A stretch of DNA of 64,000 nt from Phyllosticta citribraziliensis (taxonomy: Eukaryota), in NCBI RefSeq assembly GCF_038025025.1, contig NW_027117345.1:682001-746000 (forward strand), written 5' to 3'. This document shows, piece by piece, positions 57,401-64,000 of this stretch. The notes under the pieces were generated by a model. That model was not told the origin of the DNA, did not search any database, and saw nothing but the letters and a program-made list of their open reading frames with translations. Position 1 is the stretch's first letter. Each line of letters opens with the position of its first letter. A program made the translations under genes and the position numbers.

Positions 57401-60040
57401 TATATTTTTTAGTTAAGGGTAATAATAAGAAAATAGGTATACTTTAATTTAGTAGCTACTTATCTATTAAATCCTAAGGCCTTAAGTATACCCCTAGTAA
57501 TTTTATATTTATATATACTAAGGGTATTAAGATATTATATAAGTTATAGATAGATAAAGTAGGTCTTAAAAGTACTAATATTAATTAGTACCTTAGTATA
57601 GAGAGCTTTCCTATTCTTATAGATTTTAGTAGATATAGTAAAGGCTTATCCTCCTATAAAATTATTAATTCTAATATCTATACCTTTAAATTAAAGGGTT
57701 CTAATTATTATCTTTAGAGTAGGCCTAGAATTTAAAGAAGGGAATTTTCTAAGTTACTACTTTTAAAGGATTCTTCTAGTTTAAGTACTAGCTTATCTTC
57801 TTTAGGCTATATATCTATTTCTTTAATAAAAATTATATAGTCTTATATCTAGTATCCCTCTTTTTTATAATTATAATAGGTATCCTTTCTACTATTATTA
57901 GTAGACTTCTTAGGTTCCTTAGATTTAGTAGTATATAAGGAAGTACTAATATAACTAGGTTTCTTAGAAGTAGTTAAGCTAATACTAGCTTTCTTTCTAG
58001 AATATTCCTCTTATTATTATTTAGCTTTAGATTTACTTACTTATATATATAAAGCTTAATAGTCCTTTAGGTTATATATAATAGTAGATACCTTATTAAT
58101 ATAGTCCTAGAATTTAATATAGTTATTATCCTTATAGAGTATTATATATATTTTTAATTAAGGGTTTAAAGAGGTATAAAACTCTTCCTTCTATTAAGAC
58201 TAGGGTAGGTCTATATTAAGGGCTAGAGCTATAAATTTAGTAATATATAATTAAAAATTATTATTAATATAGAAGTAGAGATACTAGAGGCTATCCTTAG
58301 TTTCTTTTCTTTTAAAGGGATTATTAAACTTATCCCCTAGAAAGGTATATAAATTAGTATTAGTAATAAGTAATTCTTCTTTTTCTTTAGTATTAAGAAA
58401 TAGAAGAAGGTAATTAGCTACTTTATTACTTATCCTAGATATAATATATACTATAATTACTACCTTAGTATCTATAGGGTTATCTAAGATAAATTAGTTA
58501 TAGTTAGTCTAAATTTTATTCTTAATTTAGTAGAGCTAGACCTAGTACTTAGGAGCTTTTCTATTTATAAGGAGAGGTAGGTCTAGAATCTTAATATAAT
58601 ATTTCTAAATAGGCTAGTTAGTAGTAGTATAAACTAAATTATAGGAGAATATAGTTCCTTTATAAGATAAGTATTCTTAGTTAGTCTATTTTTTAATAAT
58701 TTTATCTATTATATAGACTAGTAGGATTACTAAAATTTTATTCCTATAGTAGTTTATAAACTATCTATAGTAGGAGATTACTCCTTCTATAGTATCTACT
58801 TAGTACTTCTTATTAAGGAGTAATTTTATAATCTCTATTTTATAAGTCTTATTATACTAACTCTTACTAGCCTTATTAGGTCTTAAGAGTTTATTAAAGA
58901 GTTTAGGAATAACTTCTATATAGGGCCCCTATTCTATTACTACCTTAAGTAGCTTTAGGTTATTTAAACTAACTTTATAAACCTCTAAGGGGATAGGGTT
59001 CTCTTCTAGTTCTAGAGAAAGATTATTAGGGTTTCCTTTTATTTATATAGAAGGAATTAGAGAAGCTATAAAAGTTAATCTTATTACTCTATCTTCTTAA
59101 TTAAATTCTAGATTAGCTATAGTTAACTAGTTCTTAATTTAGTTTAATCTATATAGTATAACCTTATTATTTATAAAGATTTTAAAATAGGAGACTACCT
59201 ATATTCTCTTTATATATTAATCTCTACTTCTTATATAAAGTAGCTCTAGCTATATACCTAGGGGTCCTCTAGGCTTATAGGGGTATCTACTAGTATTTAT
59301 ATTATAAGACTTAGAGTAGGGCTTAGCTAATTAGTATAGGTATTATTTTTAGAATATATACCTAATATTCTTAGTAGGGGATATTTTAGACCTTCCTAGA
59401 TATTAGGAGAGTTAATATAAGGAAAGATATAATAATTTAATAATCTTTATTTTTCTATTATAAGCTAATAGGTTACCTAATTAGTAGGCTAGTTCTAAGT
59501 AACTATTTATCTAATACTAAGGTATATAAGTATAGGAGATAAAGCTAAGTAAGAAGGGTATATAATAAGATATAAGTTAAATTAGTAGGGAGTCTACTTA
59601 GGAGTATTAATTATAAGAAAATAAAGATAGCTATCTATAATATTTATATAATAAGGTCCTTTTATATTCTATTACCTAACTTACCTTAGGAGTTATAATA
59701 GAAAGAAGGTAGGTACTATAAAAGGAGAGATCTTATTTTAATCCTAAATTATATAGTAATTTACTAGCTTATTAGTAGTAATATACTTCTTAAAACTAAC
59801 TACTTAGCTAAGTCCCTATTATAGATATAGGAGGTTCTATTCTTATTTCTATTATTATATTAGTAATATATATATAGGTACTAGGGTTAAATTATCTAAG
59901 TAGCTATAGCTCTTAGAGAGTTAGGTAACTTTAGTATATATAGCTTATAGTTATAGCTAGTAGTTATAGTATAGGTATACCTAGTACTTAATACTAAGTG
60001 GTATTTAATATAATTATAGGTTTTTAGCTAACCTATAATA
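54426..60040 (-). mobile_element. Element A': second copy of family A, 5' LTR through integrase, interrupted by element D
   Basis: 60001-60040 is the exact reverse complement of 41521-41560; FVDDL ~56400, ETDASNGVVAGVLSQ ~55920-55965, VDRLSK ~55035; ends at F.EGDKVYVS ~54430-54470. Confidence 0.92.
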
Positions 60041-63000
60041 AAGGGGAGCTAAAATCTTATAAGCTATAGTTAATTAAATAGCTATTAATAAATAAGTTAG
60101 GAATATAGCTAAGTATGTAGTAACTAATAAGACTAGGAATATATCTAATAAGGATATCTTAGGTATAACCCTACTAGTAAATATACCTTAATAGCTAAGA
60201 TAACTAGCTATTACTAGTCTACTAGGTAGTAATATTAAAGAACCTACTATCTCTAGTAAAGAGCCTATATAAGAGCCTAATATAGATAAACCTTAGAGGG
60301 TAACTATAGAGGATATTAATAAGGATATATCTAATATTAAAGAAATCCTATAAAATAAGCTAAGTATTATACTTAAGGGATTAGAGAGTAATAAGCTAGA
60401 GCTACTTAGTAAAGGGGCCCCCCCTAAGTAGTACTAGGTTAAAACCATTATATTTAGAGACCTATTCTATTATAAGTAGTATAAACTAGGTCTAAATAGC
60501 TAGAGATATAGAGATATCTTTAATAAGGAGACTATTAGGTATATAAAAGGAATCCTTAGCCTATATAATAATATATAGAAGCTATTTTACACTCCTATTA
60601 ATACTAAGATTATAGAAGAGGTCTAAGAAATACTTTATAATAACCTATAGGTATTAAATAAATACCTATATATAATAGATAATCTATAGAAGCTAATATA
60701 TACTATATATATAAAACTAGTTAATAATATTAAAGGGTACTAGTTTAACTCCTCTAGTAAGCCTATAGAATTTAACTTCTCCTAGTATTACCTATTTAAG
60801 TAAGAAGATTATTTCCTAGATAGGATCTTTATATATTTAAATATACTAATTAATATATTAGTTACTAAGGGTAAAACTATCTCTAGAGTTTTTAACTATA
60901 TATATATAAGCCTAGTATATACTATAAAGTATATACCTACTTAGAGCTTTATTTTATATAGGCCTAATAGTAAGCCCCTTTAGGATAGTAAGCCTATAGA
61001 CCTATTAATATATAAGATATACTTTAGTATTAAATTACTAGAGGGTTAGGAGGATTCTATAACTACTAGAGGAGACTATAAGCTAAAGCTAATAACCTAT
61101 AAGGAGGTTATAATACTAGCTAAGTAATAGGGCCTTTTTATCTACTATATCCTATTACCCTTTATCCTAGTATCCTTTAGTAGCTATATAGTATAAGTAC
61201 TAGTAGATACTAGAGTAAATATAAATAGTATTTCTAAGGCCCTTATAGCTAAACTTAGTATCCTAGTATAGGATATACTACCTAATAGTTTTAATATAAC
61301 TATAGGATTTATAAATAGTTTAAAGTATAAAATTAAATATTAGATCCTAAGTTTAGCTATTTTAATAGAAGATTAGTCTTAGAGTACTTATTTCTTAGTA
61401 TATAACTAAACTACTATTCCTATTATATTAGGAATACCCTAGATTATCTTAGTAGGTAGTAAATTTAAAACTATACCTACTAGAGTAGTTAAGCTAAGGT
61501 TTACCTACCCTATTAACCCTTACTACTATATAGAAATTATTACCTACTAGGTATTCCTATTTATTAAAGGTATTAAAGATACTATATACTATATTAGTCC
61601 TATTAAAATCTAAAGTAGTAATAGTTTATAAGTAGTAGGGCTAGGAAACTAGCTAGTATAATAATTTAGGGGCTAATTAGTATATAATTACTATACTAAC
61701 TAGTAGGAGGCCTATATAATTAAAAAAAATAAAATACTAAAAATATTAATTTAGTATTAGATAATATATTTTTAACTATATATATAATAGGAGAATAGAG
61801 TATTATTTATTATAGGGTATCTTAGTATAGTATATTTCCTAATTATCTTAATACTACTAGATAATAAAACCTATATTAGTATATAGTATATAAATAAAAA
61901 GGTATAAAAATAGAGCCTATAGATAACTTAATACTATAGGAGAAGTTATTAAATATAATTAAGGGATAGAAAACTAAAGAAACTATAATTATTAAGTAGA
62001 CTACTATACTAGTAAGGGATCTCTAGGGCTAGGGATAATTTACCTACTTATTTTATTTAAGGATTACTATCTTTTAACTAGGTATATACCTTATATAGGA
62101 AAGGCTAGCTAGCCTTATTACTAGAGATAACCTCTAGTTAAGAGAGTAGGAACTAATACTAGAAATATTATATAGTAGAGAGGGTACTATCTTATTTAAT
62201 CTTTTAGAAATAGGATAAGTTAAGCTAATAGTAATATATAGGTTCCCTATTAGGATAATACTATATAAGGCCTAGAGAGTTAGAGTATTATATATTTTAT
62301 AAGCTAAAATATAGTATATATTTAACTTACTTACTACTTAGTAAGATATAGGGATTATTAAGTACTACTCTAGTTAATATTATAATCCCTAGATAGTCTT
62401 ACCTAAGAAGAATAGTATATATAGGTAGATTAATAATTTATAAATACTAAATAATATTACTATTTAAGATGCTAGTATACTAGGACTAATAGATAATTAT
62501 ATAGAATACTAGAGAGGGCTTATAATATATACCCTTATAGACCTATACTCTAGTTTTAATTAGTTTATAGTTACTAAAAAGTACTAGGATCTTACTAGAT
62601 TTATTACTCCCTAAGGATACTAGTATAACTATATACTTTCCTAAGGTATAACTAATTCTCTAGGATAGGTAGTTTATAGCCTAAGATATATACTAGATAA
62701 CTAATAGGATAAGGCTAACCTTTTTATAGATAATATTATAGGAGGCTAATAAAGGAGCTAATATAATAATATAGAAAGTATAATTATAGGAGTTAGATAA
62801 TTTATACTTAAGTATATCTATAATATTAATAATATACTATAGAACCTAGAACTAGCTAGACTTATAATCTTAGGAGAGAAGTCCTTCTTTAGTATACTAG
62901 AAGTAGAAGTTATTAGGTTTAGATATAAAGAGTTTAGATACCTACTTATTAAGTCTAAAGTAGATAAGATTAATAATTAGGATACTTCCTAAGACCTTAA

Positions 63001-64000
63001 ATTATTAAGAGGCTTTCTAAGAATAACTACCTATTTTTACTACTAGGTTAAGAAGTACTTATATAAGGTAGCACTACTATATACTCTAATAAGGAAGAAT
63101 ATACTATTTACTTAGGAAAATAAGTATAATAAGGCTATAGCTAAAATTAAGGAAGCTATTATAATAGTACCTACCTTAGTATCTATTATATATAGAGAGG
63201 AATTTACTAGAGATATTATTATAGCTATAGATAGTAGTAGTATAGGATAGGGAGTAGTTTTAATATAAGAGAAGGATAGTACTAGGTATCTAGTAAGGTA
63301 TAAGAGTAGTATTTAGTCTAAGATAGAATTATTTTATAACTCTAGGAAGCTAGAATACTAAGTACTAGTATATATAATTACTAAATTTAAACTATAGCTA
63401 TTTAGATAGTACTTCCTTATTAAAATAGACTATTATATCCTATAAGATTACCTAAATAGTAGGACTAAATCTATAATAGGTAGAGTCCTTAAGTAGTAGC
63501 TTAGCTAGCTATCTATATAGGATTTTAAGATACTATATATTACTAGGATAAAGAATAGGGTAGTAGATATACTATTAAAAAGGCTAAATTTTAAGGAGTT
63601 AAGTAAAGAAGATCTATAGAAATAGGTAGAGAAGATAGAAAATAAAATTATTAAGTTATTATTATTCCTATAGCTAAGTATATATATAGTTAGTTCTATA
63701 GACCTCCTACTAACTATCTACTAGGCTAGAGGAGAGTTAATATTAGCTAATTAAATACTAGTACTAGGCCCCTCTAGCCTACTAGGAGAGGTTATTCTAT
63801 ATAGAGTACTATATAAGGAGTACTCCTAAGAATCTAAGGACCTAGCTAAATTTATTACCTATAGCCTACTCCCTCCTAAAGTTATATAATTAGAGGCCTA
63901 GAAATGGTAATAGAAGGCCTATAGGTACTAGGTCTATAACTAGTACCTATTTTAGTAATTATTAAAGAATATACTACTAAAATAAGTAGTAGATAATCCT
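60041..64000 (+). mobile_element. Element E: Gypsy of a different (Ylt1-like) lineage, gag-protease-RT-RNaseH, running off the window; 5' end cut by A'
   Basis: ALVDTGA ~61200, L(P/S)QGATNS ~62640, FIDDI ~62722, AVDGS..GWGAVL ~63225 and RYESGIW ~63295; these RT/RNaseH motif variants differ from the LPFGL/YLDD chromovirus type. Confidence 0.82.

Larger units (their letters stand above)
34960..64000. other. AT-rich, RIP-saturated heterochromatin-like block made of nested Gypsy relics
   Basis: Abrupt GC drop after ~34960; TpA everywhere; CpA, TpG and CpG almost absent; no ORF >=60 aa in six frames over 29 kb; retroelement motifs recoverable by reversing transitions. Confidence 0.97.

Noticed and set aside
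34960..64000. AT-rich block as mitochondrial insertion (NUMT), foreign DNA or alternative-genetic-code genes
   Set aside because: No rRNA, tRNA or respiratory gene motifs seen. The TAA/TAG excess and loss of CpA/TpG/CpG, with recoverable RT/RNaseH/integrase motifs, are fully explained by RIP.
34960..64000. Scattered TTAGGG/CCCTAA hexamers as telomeric repeats
   Set aside because: Never tandem; expected products of RIP on CC/GG-containing sequence.

Overview
Filamentous ascomycete nuclear DNA (probably a Dothideomycete; inferred from short GT-AG introns with CTRAC branch sites and the RIP pattern) in two sharply separated compartments. Bases 1-~34,950 are GC-rich and gene-dense, with 14 genes: NIPA/DUF803 Mg transporter (partial), dienelactone-hydrolase/SnoaL-like protein, a hypothetical Cys-motif protein, ArfGAP, Sft1-like SNARE, SSU1/TDT-family transporter, a repeat-containing Pro-rich orphan, ABD1, RPN7, alanine aminotransferase, Btb1-like ankyrin-RCC1-BTB protein, a GPI-type protein with a degenerate CFEM domain, RSC9 and a Rec114-like meiotic gene. 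From ~34,960 to the end (>=29 kb) is an AT-rich block (about 25-30% GC by eye) with no ORFs and almost no CpA/TpG/CpG. This is a nest of Ty3/Gypsy LTR retrotransposons destroyed by repeat-induced point mutation (RIP). Reversing C>T/G>A changes by hand resolves seven segments (F-, C+, A+, B-, D+, A'-, E+), their domains, an inverted pair of copies of one family, a nesting order and two deletion junctions. The most unusual item is element D: its integrase chromodomain is followed in frame by an AT-hook, and ~2.3 kb of extra sequence with a possible antisense gene lies before its 3' LTR. All TE boundaries and de-RIPed translations were done by eye and are approximate.
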